From NCBI GenBank assembly GCA_965214405.1, contig OZ243956.1, forward strand, positions 2,432,001 to 2,496,000: DNA of 64,000 bases. Direction: 5' to 3'. The position numbers and the translations under genes are program-made. Positions 10,742 to 20,478 of this stretch are shown in pieces. Within the stretch, counting starts at the first letter, position 1. Every line of letters starts with the position of its first letter. Origin of the DNA: Trueperaceae bacterium. Its GTDB lineage: Bacteria; Deinococcota; Deinococci; Deinococcales; Trueperaceae. The notes below the pieces were generated by a model. The model ran no database searches and was not told the origin of the DNA. It saw only the letters and a program-made list of their open reading frames with translations.

Positions 10742-10990
10742 ATGGCTACTGACACGGTAAAGCTCGGCTCCAATGGCAGGTTGGTCATCCCCGCCACGTA
10801 CCGTAAGGCGCTCGGCGTCGAGGAAGGCGACGAACTCGTCGTTCGTTTGGAGGACGGGGAGTTGCGGCTCTCGAGCCGCAAGCGCGCCTATAGGCAGGCG
10901 CAGGCGCTCGTCCGGCGCTACGTTCCCGAAGGCGTCTCGCTCTCCGACGAACTCCTCAAAGACCGCCGCGAAGAGGCGTCGAGGGAGTGA
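10742..10990 (+). CDS. AbrB/MazE-family antitoxin (VapB-like)
   Basis: 'GRLVIPATYRKALGVEEGDEL'; TATATT ends 6 nt before the ATG, so probably leaderless. Confidence 0.9.
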   Translation: MATDTVKLGSNGRLVIPATYRKALGVEEGDELVVRLEDGELRLSSRKRAYRQAQALVRRYVPEGVSLSDELLKDRREEASRE

Positions 10991-11373
10991 GCGTCGTTTT
11001 GGACGCGTCCGCGCTGTTGGCGTTTTTGAATAGCGAGCCCGGCGCTGAGCGGGTCGAGGCGCGTATGGCCGCGGGGGCGGTTATAGGCGCGGTCAATCTA
11101 GCCGAAGTGGTAAGCAAGCTCACCGAGCGCGGTATGCCCCCCTCGGACATCAGGCGGGCGGTTGGGGGCCTGGGCTTGGAGATTGCGCCCTTTGACGAGG
11201 CACTAGCCTACGCGGCGGGTGAACTGCGCAAGGAGACGCAGTCTTTAGGCTTGTCGCTGGGTGACCGAGCCTGTTTGGTGTTGGGCATCAGGGACGCGCT
11301 CAACGTCCTCACGACTGAACGCGCGTGGGACGCGGTCACGCATCCCGGCCTGACGGTGGAGAGAGTCCGTTAA
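10987..11373 (+). CDS. vapC: VapC PIN-domain toxin
   Basis: 'VLDASALLA', 'NLAEVV', 'LSLGDRACL'; GTGA overlap with the antitoxin. Confidence 0.9.
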   Translation: MSVVLDASALLAFLNSEPGAERVEARMAAGAVIGAVNLAEVVSKLTERGMPPSDIRRAVGGLGLEIAPFDEALAYAAGELRKETQSLGLSLGDRACLVLGIRDALNVLTTERAWDAVTHPGLTVERVR

Positions 11374-11376
11374 GGC

Positions 11377-13938
11377 ATGGACGTTACCCAAATCGAGCGC
11401 ACCCTGGCCGCCCTCTTCATCCCCGACACGCTCAAACCCCGCCAGCTCGTCTTCTGGTACGACGAACGCGCCGAGTTCGAGAGCGCCTTTGAGGAACTCA
11501 CGCTTCCCAGCGGCATTGACAAGGTCAAGCTGGGGAGAACGCCCTTTAGCACCAAGTACCGGGTGCTCGTCGAGCAGCCCGCCACCTCTTTTTTGCTTTA
11601 CGCGCCCTTTGCCGAACCCCCGGTGACCGAGAACTGGCTTTTAGACCTGCAAAAACAGGCGGAGCGTTTTTCTGCGGACCGCGCCGCGCTTCTCTTTCGG
11701 CGGTACGGCCTGCACCAGAGAAGTCTCGAGGGCTACCTGAGGCGTCATCTGGCGTTTTTCAACGCCAAGAAACGCACTGAAGCCCTAGACGCCATCGGGC
11801 TCTCCAAAGAGAGCAGTGAGATGGACCTGCGGCTCGCCATGATGTGCGCCACGCTCGGCTTTAGGGTCGCGGACGCGGGCCTGCTCCTCCGCGCCGTGCT
11901 CATGGCGGGTCTTGCCGAGGCGCACAACGCGCCCTGGCAAGAACTCGTCAAGTATTTTGAGCCCCAGGAGTTCTGGGAGGTCGCGCACTGGGGGCTCGGT
12001 GTGCAAGACACATCAACCTTGCGCGACCTCTTCGTCCGCCTTGCCCTCACGCATGTGCAGCACGACCTCAGGGTGCCGCTGCCCGAAGGGTTCGGGAGCA
12101 AACTCATCCAGCCGGGCGCCAAGGCATACGTGTTTGTTGATGCCTGGCTGCGGCATACTATGGACGCTCCCCGTTGGGCCGCGTTGAGCGGCAGCCTTGT
12201 GGGTGATCTGGGGCTGCACGCTTTCGCTGCGTCTTTAAGCCCCGACACCTACAGCAAGGTCGAGACGTTCGAGGTGTTTGACCAGGCGCTCATCCAGCAC
12301 GTCACTGAGTACCTAACCGAGCGCCTTACCGAAGCCGACGGAACCCAAACGGGGACTGAGACGCGTTTACAAGGGTGGCTGAGCGACCGCAAGCCGCTCT
12401 ACTGGTTTGAGACGTACAGGCATCATTACGACGCTCTGGGTGCCGCGCTTGATTTCACGTTATTGGGGCGCGAACGCGCGTCTTTTAGCGGCAGCGTGGC
12501 CCAGCTTTTCGGGGGCTACGCCGAACGTTACTACCAGATAGACCGTTCCTACCGCCGTTATGTCGCCGCCAGCGACCAGGTCAGCGGCGACGTGTTGGGG
12601 GGGCTCACCGAGAAAATTGAGCGCGCTTATACTTTTTCCTTCTTAGAACCCCTCGGCGAGGCGTGGTCAGACGCCCTTCAGGCAGCGGGGGACGGGTGGA
12701 ACCCCCACGGCTCCAAACAGTGGCTGTTCTACGCACATCACGTCCAAACGGTCCTGGACCGCAACGACCGGGAAAAGGTGTTCGTCATCGTTTCCGACGC
12801 GCTGCGCTACGAAGTGGCCGCCGACGTTCAGGCGAGCCTCATCACCGAGCTGCGGGGCGACGTGACGCTCATACCCCTGGCGGGCGTGTTGCCGAGCATC
12901 ACCAAACTCGGTATGGCCTCGCTGTTGCCCCACACCACCCTGAGCCTCACCGACAAAGGCGACGTGCTCGCGGACGGGCGCTCCACCCAGGGTCTGGAGG
13001 GGCGCAACGCCGTTCTCAACGCGGGTAGTGTAAGCAGTCTGGCGGTGGGTGCCGCGGACCTTCTCGCCATGAGCCGTGAAGAGGGCCGCGCCGCCGTTCA
13101 ACCTCACCGCGTCATCTACATTTACCACAACATCATCGACGCGACCGGAGACCATAGGCCCAGCGAACGGAACGTGTTCGCGGCCTGCGAGCGGGCCGTG
13201 GACGAGCTTACCCAGATCGTGCGCAAGATAGCCAACACCCTAAACGGCACCAATATCCTCGTTACCAGCGATCACGGCTTTTTGTACCAACACCAGCCCC
13301 TCACGCAGCACGACAAGGTGGAAAGGGCGAGCGGGCGCATCCTTGACAGCGGCAGGCGGCACACCCTCGGCAGCGAGCTGAGCCGTCCGGGCGGCACCCA
13401 GACCTTTAGCCCTTCTTATCTTGGAGGGCTCGAGGCCCAGAGCCCCAGGGGCACCCTCCGCTACGCCGTGCAGGGCGGCGGCGCGCAGTATGTCCACGGC
13501 GGCGCCAGCCTCCAGGAGGTGTGCGTGCCGCTCCTGACCTACAAGCACGTGCGCGCCAGCAAAGGCGACGACGGACCCAGCCATAAGGTCGGCGTGCGGG
13601 TGAGCACCACCACCCGCAAAATAACCAACAACCACTTCACCGTCCGCTTGGTCCAAGCTGAACCCGCAGGAGGCCGCGTCAGACCGCGGCAGGTGCTTGT
13701 CAGGTTCGTTGACGAGGCGGGCGCGACCATCACCAACGCTTACCCCCTCAACCTAGAGAGCGCCGCCACCCAGGCGACCGACCGAGAGTACATCGCCCGC
13801 TTGAATATTGGCGTGAGCAATATTGCGCGCGATAAGCCGTACTACTTGGTTATCATGGACGCGGAAGACGACATCGAAATCCTGCGCGAAACTTGGCAGA
13901 TCAACCTCGTATTGACCGACGACTTCGGAGACTTTTGA
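11377..13938 (+). CDS. pglZ: BREX-1 phosphatase/phosphodiesterase PglZ
   Basis: 'VIVSDALRYE', 'LPSITKLGMASLLP', 'TSDHGFLY', 'YVHGGASLQE'. Confidence 0.95.
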   Translation: MDVTQIERTLAALFIPDTLKPRQLVFWYDERAEFESAFEELTLPSGIDKVKLGRTPFSTKYRVLVEQPATSFLLYAPFAEPPVTENWLLDLQKQAERFSADRAALLFRRYGLHQRSLEGYLRRHLAFFNAKKRTEALDAIGLSKESSEMDLRLAMMCATLGFRVADAGLLLRAVLMAGLAEAHNAPWQELVKYFEPQEFWEVAHWGLGVQDTSTLRDLFVRLALTHVQHDLRVPLPEGFGSKLIQPGAKAYVFVDAWLRHTMDAPRWAALSGSLVGDLGLHAFAASLSPDTYSKVETFEVFDQALIQHVTEYLTERLTEADGTQTGTETRLQGWLSDRKPLYWFETYRHHYDALGAALDFTLLGRERASFSGSVAQLFGGYAERYYQIDRSYRRYVAASDQVSGDVLGGLTEKIERAYTFSFLEPLGEAWSDALQAAGDGWNPHGSKQWLFYAHHVQTVLDRNDREKVFVIVSDALRYEVAADVQASLITELRGDVTLIPLAGVLPSITKLGMASLLPHTTLSLTDKGDVLADGRSTQGLEGRNAVLNAGSVSSLAVGAADLLAMSREEGRAAVQPHRVIYIYHNIIDATGDHRPSERNVFAACERAVDELTQIVRKIANTLNGTNILVTSDHGFLYQHQPLTQHDKVERASGRILDSGRRHTLGSELSRPGGTQTFSPSYLGGLEAQSPRGTLRYAVQGGGAQYVHGGASLQEVCVPLLTYKHVRASKGDDGPSHKVGVRVSTTTRKITNNHFTVRLVQAEPAGGRVRPRQVLVRFVDEAGATITNAYPLNLESAATQATDREYIARLNIGVSNIARDKPYYLVIMDAEDDIEILRETWQINLVLTDDFGDF

Positions 13939-13959
13939 GTTTAAGTATGAGTTTTGAGT

Positions 13960-16014
13960 ATGAGTAACGTTCAGATGAACGGCGTCGGGAGCGCACCCGC
14001 AGACCTAGACCGCAAGCTTAATGAGGTGTTCCCCGGCCGGGTGGTCCGTAAAGACCTCACCAAGCGCCTCAGAGAGGGTGCGAACGTCCCCGTTTATGTG
14101 CTCGAATACCTGCTTGGCACCTACTGCGCCACCGATGACGAGATCGCCATCGAGGCGGGTGTCACCAGGGTCAAGAAAATCTTGGCGGACAACTACGTCC
14201 GTCCCGACGAGGCCGAAAAGGTCAAGAGCCGCATCCGCGAGCAGGGGCGCTTTACCGTCATTGACCGGGTAACCGTGACGCTCAACGACAAGGCCGACCG
14301 CTACGAGGCGCACCTTTTGAACTTGGGCGTTACCGACATCTTAGTCAATCCGGCTTACGTTACCCAATTTGAAAAACTTTTGGGGGGCGGCATCTGGTGC
14401 ATCTTGAGTTTAGAGTATGACGCCTCTCACAAACCTAGCCCCTTTGTTATGGCGAGCCTCAAGCCTGTACAAATGCCTGGTTTGGACATGAGTGAAGTGT
14501 TCGAAGGTCGCAAGGCGTTTACGCGGGGTGAATGGATCGATGTGCTCCTTCGCTCGACCGGCCTAGAGCCCACCACGCTCGAAGAGGAGAGCAAGTGGCA
14601 CCTCATCGCCCGCATGGTGCCTTTAATCGAGAACAACTACAACTCCTGCGAGCTCGGCCCCCGCTCGACCGGCAAGTCGCACCTCTACAAAGAGATCAGC
14701 CCCAACACCATCCTAGTTTCCGGCGGGCAGACCACGGTCGCCAACTTGTTCTATAACATGACGCGCCAGCAGGTCGGCCTGGTCGGCTTGTGGGACGTGG
14801 TGGCCTTTGATGAAGTGGCCGGGATAAATTTCAAAGACAAAGACGGCGTGCAGATGATGAAAGATTACATGGCGTCGGGGTCATTCGCTCGCGGCAAAGC
14901 GCAGATCAGCGCAGGCGCCAGCATGGTGTTCGTCGGCAACGTCAACCAGAGTATCGAGTCCTTGGTCAAGACCAGCCACCTCTTCGCGCCCTTTCCCGAC
15001 GCGATGATTGACACCGCCTTCTTGGACCGTTTTCATGCTTATATCCCCGGCTGGGAGATTCCCAAGTTCGGCCCCGAAAACTTCACGCTCCAGTACGGCT
15101 TCATCGTGGACTATTTAGCTGAGTGGCTCAGGGAGATGCGCAAACGTTCTTTCGCGGACGCGCTCGACCCGCACTTCAAGCTCGGCAACCAGCTCAAACA
15201 GCGCGACGTGCAGGGCGTGAGAAAGACGGTGTCGGGGATGCTCAAGCTTCTGTTCCCGGACAGTAGCTTCACCAAAGCGGACGTTGAGGACGTGCTCATC
15301 TACGCCCTCAAGCTCCGCAGGCGCGTCAAGGAGCAACTCAAGAAACTCGGCGGCATGGAGTTCTACGACGTGCATTTCAGCTACATCGACACCGACACGC
15401 TGGAAGAGACCTTTGTGAGCTTGAGCGAGCAGAGCTCCGGCAAGCTCATCGAGAACGAGCCCCTCCCCGCCGGGCACACCTACGGCGTGAGCCGCGGCCA
15501 CAACGACGTGATTGGGCTTTACAAGGTCGAGCTTCAGGTGGTGGGCGGCAACGGCAAGCTCAACAAGATGGGTGGCGCGGCCCAGGCCGGGGTGCGTGAT
15601 GCCATTAACGTGGCGTTCAACTACTTCAAGGCCAACAGCTCCCGGATCAGCGGCTCGATAAATTCGGGCAGCTACGATTACCTGCTCTCCATAACCGACC
15701 TGCAAGGCGCAGGCAACCCCGAACAGATCAGCCTCGCCGTGCTCGTCGCCCTGTGCGGAGCGGCACTCGGCCGGGGCGCGCAGAGCCAGATGGCGATTCT
15801 CGGCGACATGACCATCGGCGGCACCGTCACCCCCGTCGCCAACCTCGCCAACAGCCTTCAGGTGGCGTTCGACTGCGGCGCCAAACGCATCCTCATCCCG
15901 ACCGCCAACGCCGCGAACATCGGCACGGTGCCGGGTGAGCTGTTCGCCAAGTTCCAGACGTCCTTTTACAGCGACCCGGTGGACGGCGTGTTCAAAGCTT
16001 TGGGCGTAGGTTAG
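13960..16014 (+). CDS. brxL: BREX Lon-related AAA+ protein BrxL
   Basis: 'GRVVRKDL', 'VPVYVLEYLLG', 'ELGPRSTGKSH', 'DTAFLDRFH', C-terminal Lon-like domain (start 13954 or 13960). Confidence 0.95.
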   Translation: MSNVQMNGVGSAPADLDRKLNEVFPGRVVRKDLTKRLREGANVPVYVLEYLLGTYCATDDEIAIEAGVTRVKKILADNYVRPDEAEKVKSRIREQGRFTVIDRVTVTLNDKADRYEAHLLNLGVTDILVNPAYVTQFEKLLGGGIWCILSLEYDASHKPSPFVMASLKPVQMPGLDMSEVFEGRKAFTRGEWIDVLLRSTGLEPTTLEEESKWHLIARMVPLIENNYNSCELGPRSTGKSHLYKEISPNTILVSGGQTTVANLFYNMTRQQVGLVGLWDVVAFDEVAGINFKDKDGVQMMKDYMASGSFARGKAQISAGASMVFVGNVNQSIESLVKTSHLFAPFPDAMIDTAFLDRFHAYIPGWEIPKFGPENFTLQYGFIVDYLAEWLREMRKRSFADALDPHFKLGNQLKQRDVQGVRKTVSGMLKLLFPDSSFTKADVEDVLIYALKLRRRVKEQLKKLGGMEFYDVHFSYIDTDTLEETFVSLSEQSSGKLIENEPLPAGHTYGVSRGHNDVIGLYKVELQVVGGNGKLNKMGGAAQAGVRDAINVAFNYFKANSSRISGSINSGSYDYLLSITDLQGAGNPEQISLAVLVALCGAALGRGAQSQMAILGDMTIGGTVTPVANLANSLQVAFDCGAKRILIPTANAANIGTVPGELFAKFQTSFYSDPVDGVFKALGVG

Positions 16015-16050
16015 TGGAGTGAGCGGGCAGCCAGGCCGCCCACATCAGTG

Positions 16051-16518
16051 TCAGTAAGCCCTTGCTCTTCCGTACCGTTCAATGACTTGTTTTAGAACAT
16101 CGGGCGCGTAAGGCCAACTTTCGTTAGCACCCTCAAAGAATCCGCCGCGCTTCGCTTCATCCCAATACTGACGCGCTTCCTCGTAATAAGGCAGAGTGAC
16201 TCGCCGGACAAACTCGACAAACTCACGTATATCAGCCGCTCGGATGCGTTTCTCAACATCAGGAAGGTGCTCTCCCACATCAAGAAACCCAATTATATAA
16301 GCCATGCCTGCCGGACCTAAAAAGCGGGTGAGTGCTATCGTCTTGTCGAAACCTGCATAGCAGTTCTTTTCGGGTTGTAATGGGCTGTAATTAGCGTGAT
16401 GTACAATGTGCCATCCACTGTTATCTATGTGCCACTCGACGTAACCATGTTCTGGTTCTTCGATAAGCTGGCCGCACTGATCACAGAAAAACTGTTGTAA
16501 AGGTTCAAGATTCATCAT
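16051..16518 (-). CDS. Hypothetical protein with N-terminal CxxC
   Basis: 155-aa ORF, lower GC than its neighbours, 'FCDQCG'. Confidence 0.6.
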   Translation of the reverse strand: MMNLEPLQQFFCDQCGQLIEEPEHGYVEWHIDNSGWHIVHHANYSPLQPEKNCYAGFDKTIALTRFLGPAGMAYIIGFLDVGEHLPDVEKRIRAADIREFVEFVRRVTLPYYEEARQYWDEAKRGGFFEGANESWPYAPDVLKQVIERYGRARAY

Positions 16519-16809
16519 ACCTTAGAAGTTTACACGCTTATTCTTGTCAGTCAGCGCAATATTTTACTCCTTCAAACTGGCACCCTGACAGCACAAAGTG
16601 GCTGTTGGTACATCAGCTTGGCTGCCCCGCAAAATTTTTGCGCCACCTGGCTGTACTCCATAGAACTCCCTGCACAGGTGGCGCGGAGCGGGGCAACATC
16701 CACCCATTTCTAGGTTTTTACCAGTTCCACGCTACCCTTGAGGCTTGTGCGATGCCAAGCACCCCCTCTTCTGCCGCGGGGAAGCTACGCCGTTTTTTCG
16801 CTAAGGGTC

Positions 16810-16836
16810 CCAAAGCGTTGGTAGCCCAACGCTTGG
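16810..16836. terminator. Hairpin after the 16838-17428 gene
   Basis: AAGCGTTGG-tagc-CCAACGCTT inverted repeat immediately past the stop. Confidence 0.5.
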
Positions 16837-16837
16837 T

Positions 16838-17428
16838 CTACAAGCCTGTTTCATGTCGCCAAGTGAGTATCTCAAGGAGCCAAGCGGCGAGACCCTCTAA
16901 GGGCTCCGCGGCCTCGTTCACCGCGTCGAACAGTTGGCGGATGTTGATGCGGCCTATTTCATCGAGCGGGTTCTTTCCTTCTTGCTTAGGTTTGTCAGAG
17001 TATCTGAATATAGTAGAACCTTTGTCAAGACTCGCAAACTCGCCTATGACGTGGGTAGCGAGGTCCAAATCAGGAAAGTCCTTGGCATCGGGATGCTCGG
17101 ACAACAGTTCTACCGTCTTGCCCCAAAGCACTGAGAGGTTGTGACTTTTAGGGGGGTCATCATCCCTACCGTGCAGTTGTTCTGCCATGCGCCAAACCGC
17201 CTTGACCCAAAGCTCTAGGTAATGCCGGTACAAGAATAAGGTGGGGTAGATGAGCACATCAAGCGGCTCTTTCTCGTCGAGCATTGCCGCGACAAGCCTG
17301 TCCGCCGCCAGCTTATAGCCAAGAACGTAATGCTCAGGCGTTACGTCGGTATACCCGACGAGGGCGTCGCTGAAAACATCCGTACCGCCGGAGAAGACGG
17401 GGCCGAACTGATTCTTGTCTCTTTCCAT
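16838..17428 (-). CDS. Hypothetical protein, HEPN-like helical fold
   Basis: 'YPTLFLYRHYLELWVK', 'HNLSVLW', 'FRYS' pattern typical of HEPN-related proteins. Confidence 0.55.
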   Translation of the reverse strand: MERDKNQFGPVFSGGTDVFSDALVGYTDVTPEHYVLGYKLAADRLVAAMLDEKEPLDVLIYPTLFLYRHYLELWVKAVWRMAEQLHGRDDDPPKSHNLSVLWGKTVELLSEHPDAKDFPDLDLATHVIGEFASLDKGSTIFRYSDKPKQEGKNPLDEIGRINIRQLFDAVNEAAEPLEGLAAWLLEILTWRHETGL

Positions 17429-17510
17429 TTGCTCAGTATCTCAGATAAAACGGTGAGGTGCGAGCTCTGGTCAAGTTTGGTGATGGCAGGGATTAAAGAA
17501 TTAGTCAGCA

Positions 17511-18515
17511 TTAAGGATTGACGTAGCGATACCCCTCCGGCGCAGCCACCCTCTTCAAGCTGGGCACGCTCTCAGCCGTCACACCTTGCGCGCTGTACTG
17601 GGGCAGGCCGTTGAGCAGAATCAGCTCTCTCACCCACGTCATGGCGCTGCCATAGCGGTGCGTCACGTCGCCGTGGCTCTCTCCTGTAGATTCAACCGTC
17701 GCAACGTTCGAGGTCGAGGCGTCGGGCCGGTGGTTGGGGTCATCATCCCAGGTGTAGTTGGGCAGGCTGTTGTTGCTGCGCACTTCGAGGGTGAAGGCTA
17801 CGTTCCAGGGCGTCACGTCGTTGATGTCCTGAAGAGGCAGACCCGGCACGTCGAGCCGCTGGCACACCGAGTCGGTCTTATTTAGCGGCCAGGGATAGAG
17901 CGAGCTGTCGCCCCCGTAGTAGGTCTGGACAAGCGGATTGTTAATGAGATTATCCTGTGGCCATTGGGTGCAGATACCGTCCAAGTAGATGAAGTAGTCG
18001 AAGGTCACCTCCGGATGGTTCCAGGCGAGCAGACTGGCCCAGACGGTGCCGTGCGAGTGCGCCAGCAGCACGATGCGCGTGGGGTTGTCGAAGTCCGCCA
18101 CCCACTCCTGTTGCACCCTCTCGACGTAAGCCTCGGCTTCCGCGTAGCCAAGCTCGTAAGCGTCGCTCATGTTGCTGTAATGCGTACCGATAAAGGCGGA
18201 CACGTCTACGTACTCGACGCTGTATCCGAGGCTGCCGAAAGCCGCCACGATTGCCTGGCGGGTTTGTACGGGTGTACTACCGGAAAAGTCATCATCCAGA
18301 TACGTGTAGTTGTCGAACGGCGGGATGCAGTCGAGCGGGTGGGGAGTACTGGCGCAACGTCCTGAGAACGCCAGCACCACCACGTCGGGGCTACCGGCGG
18401 GCCGGAGGTTGGTAACTGGTAGCTCCGGTTTGGGTGTGGGTGACGGTTCGCTGTTGGGCTGTGAACAGGCGGCGAGAACAAGCACGACAAGAAAAGACAA
18501 CAGTGGGCGACGCAT
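17511..18515 (-). CDS. Lipoprotein, alpha/beta-hydrolase-like
   Basis: Lipobox LAAC; nucleophile elbow 'AHSHG'; 'YFIYLDG'. Confidence 0.7.
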   Translation of the reverse strand: MRRPLLSFLVVLVLAACSQPNSEPSPTPKPELPVTNLRPAGSPDVVVLAFSGRCASTPHPLDCIPPFDNYTYLDDDFSGSTPVQTRQAIVAAFGSLGYSVEYVDVSAFIGTHYSNMSDAYELGYAEAEAYVERVQQEWVADFDNPTRIVLLAHSHGTVWASLLAWNHPEVTFDYFIYLDGICTQWPQDNLINNPLVQTYYGGDSSLYPWPLNKTDSVCQRLDVPGLPLQDINDVTPWNVAFTLEVRSNNSLPNYTWDDDPNHRPDASTSNVATVESTGESHGDVTHRYGSAMTWVRELILLNGLPQYSAQGVTAESVPSLKRVAAPEGYRYVNP

Positions 18516-19191
18516 CCGCTCCTCCTAGAGACCAGAGGAGCATACGGAGTTCTTGTAGCTTTACGCCGTAAAAACCTCAACGCGGTTCTTGCCGGAAAAA
18601 CTCACAGTTGATGGCTGAAGGCGGGCAAGCGAACCTAACCTTGCTGTTCGCTTGCCAGGTTATTAGCGCTTAATAGATGTGTTGAGCGTGCAAAGGAGCA
18701 TCCGCAACGTCCCGCAGCAGCATCATGAAGCCTGGTAAGGGGCAGGTGACATATAAGCGCCTCGTTTCTCGCTCGAAACGAGCTTTGGCCCCAACAGATT
18801 GCCATTTATGCACGAGCACCTCGGCGTCTTGGTTGGGCGAGAGCTGACAGAACCCCTCGATGTGGCCGACGAAGCAGTTTCCGATCCCGTGTTCCATTGC
18901 TGTTCCTCCTTCTTGTAACTAGGGGCAGTAGGGTTTCCAATTGCCCTAGTGTTCAGCCTCACCGACCTGAGGGGTCATGGCAAGAGAAACTACCCCCTCC
19001 CCAGAGAAGGCCCACTTCGCGGCTGTACTTTCTCTCACGAAACAGCACCCCCCTGGCCGGACATGAGGCCCCGCAACAGATTTTTTCGCGGGGTTGTAAG
19101 GGTCCCCCCCTCCCAGACCACGTAGGTAGCGCGTGGTTTTGGCAGGGGAAAAGGAACCAGCGCGTTCTTATGGACCCCCCCGGAGGCACCA

Positions 19192-19416
19192 ATGACCATT
19201 ACCCATGAACTCTTTCTCTTTTTCTCTTCGGCCCTCTTTCCCTCACTCGTCCGCCCTTTCACGCTCCTTTTCGCCTTTTTGGAGGTAACGCCTTATGTCC
19301 TGATTGGTTTGTCGGTGCTCGCTGCCTTGTGGGCGGGCTTTTGGCTCTTCGTCCTCTCAACGGTTGTCTTTTACCGTCTCCGTAGCTTCCTTCGCAGTTC
19401 CTACCGCCGCCGCTAG
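19192..19416 (+). CDS. Small membrane protein
   Basis: GGAGG SD upstream; hydrophobic 74-aa ORF. Confidence 0.4.
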   Translation: MTITHELFLFFSSALFPSLVRPFTLLFAFLEVTPYVLIGLSVLAALWAGFWLFVLSTVVFYRLRSFLRSSYRRR

Positions 19417-19490
19417 TCCTTCACGTCCGTTTCGTCCTTACCCTCGTCCGCCCCGCCCTTGTGGTGGGGCTTTTTCTTTTGGAGATGCCC

Positions 19491-20351
19491 ATGCTTACCT
19501 TTACCGAAGTTATACCCGCTACCCCTACCTCTTCTTCTGTTCCCGTTCCCGCCACATCCACCGCTACCGCCGCGGCCCTCGAGCTTTTACACCAAAGCAC
19601 CGCCCACCTCATGTCCTCGTCAGGCTGGAAAGCCGCTTTGGCGTTCAAGGCTTTTCACCCCTACAGCTTTTTCAACGTCTCGCTGATTCTGTCCCAGCGT
19701 CCCGACGCCACGCTGGTGGCCGGGTACAAGCGCTGGCAGGAGCTGGGCCGCTGTGTCTGCGAAGGAGAAGAAGGCATCGCCATCCTAGCTCCGCTCTTCC
19801 GGAAAGACCCGGACGACCCAGGCAGGCAACTCCTCAACGGCTACAAGCGCGTCTACGTGTATGACGTGTCGCAGACCGAGGGGGACCCCGTAGCAGCGCC
19901 TGCCACCTCTAGGCGCTTAGAAGGCGATGGTGAGGCGGTACAACGGGCGCTGATTACTTTAGAGGCGTTTGCTGTTGGCGAAGGCTTTACCGTTGAGCAC
20001 GAGCTGGAACTGGGGCAGGTGCTGGGGGCTTACTGGCCTCACATCGGCAAGATTTCCTTGCACGCTGTCTTGTCGCCTTTACAGAGGCTCAGGACCTTTG
20101 TGCATCTGGTATCTCATGCCTTATTGCATGACCCCACCGACAGCGCCCGCGCCAAGCTTGAGGCCGAGAGCTGTGCCTTTTTAGTTCTTTATCGCTTGGG
20201 GCTGGACACGAGCGAGTATAGGTTCTCTTACCTCGCCCGGTGGCCTGCTGACGGATTAGAGACAGTTCTAGCGGCGGGGGACAGAGCCTCCAAGACAGCA
20301 GAGCGTATCTGCGCCACGCTGATAACAGCAGCCGAGCTGGTGTTCGAATAG
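19491..20351 (+). CDS. ardC: ArdC-like ssDNA-binding antirestriction protein with degenerate zincin domain
   Basis: 'FHPYSFFNVSLILSQRPDATLVAGYKRWQELGR..GE.GI.ILAP', 'YDVSQTEG'; zincin position reads HLVSH; 'LEAES.AF.V'. Confidence 0.85.
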   Translation: MLTFTEVIPATPTSSSVPVPATSTATAAALELLHQSTAHLMSSSGWKAALAFKAFHPYSFFNVSLILSQRPDATLVAGYKRWQELGRCVCEGEEGIAILAPLFRKDPDDPGRQLLNGYKRVYVYDVSQTEGDPVAAPATSRRLEGDGEAVQRALITLEAFAVGEGFTVEHELELGQVLGAYWPHIGKISLHAVLSPLQRLRTFVHLVSHALLHDPTDSARAKLEAESCAFLVLYRLGLDTSEYRFSYLARWPADGLETVLAAGDRASKTAERICATLITAAELVFE

Positions 20352-20478
20352 GTGTAGTACCTATACCTAGACCCACATAGCCCTTCAGCACCTCTCATAT
20401 AAACCTTGAGCGCCAGCCCCCGCCAGGTCTGGCGTTTTTCTTTCCCTTTCACAACCCATCTCACAAAAGGAGAACATC

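Noticed and set aside
15480..16014. BrxL Lon domain lacks the GPSAG serine motif
   Set aside because: Degenerate Lon-like domains are a known feature of this BrxL group, so not novel
16575..16595. Possible att copy (TGGCACCCTGAC)
   Set aside because: Does not match the tRNA-Asn 3' end (TGGCTCCGCGACC on the + strand); no att duplicate was found in the window
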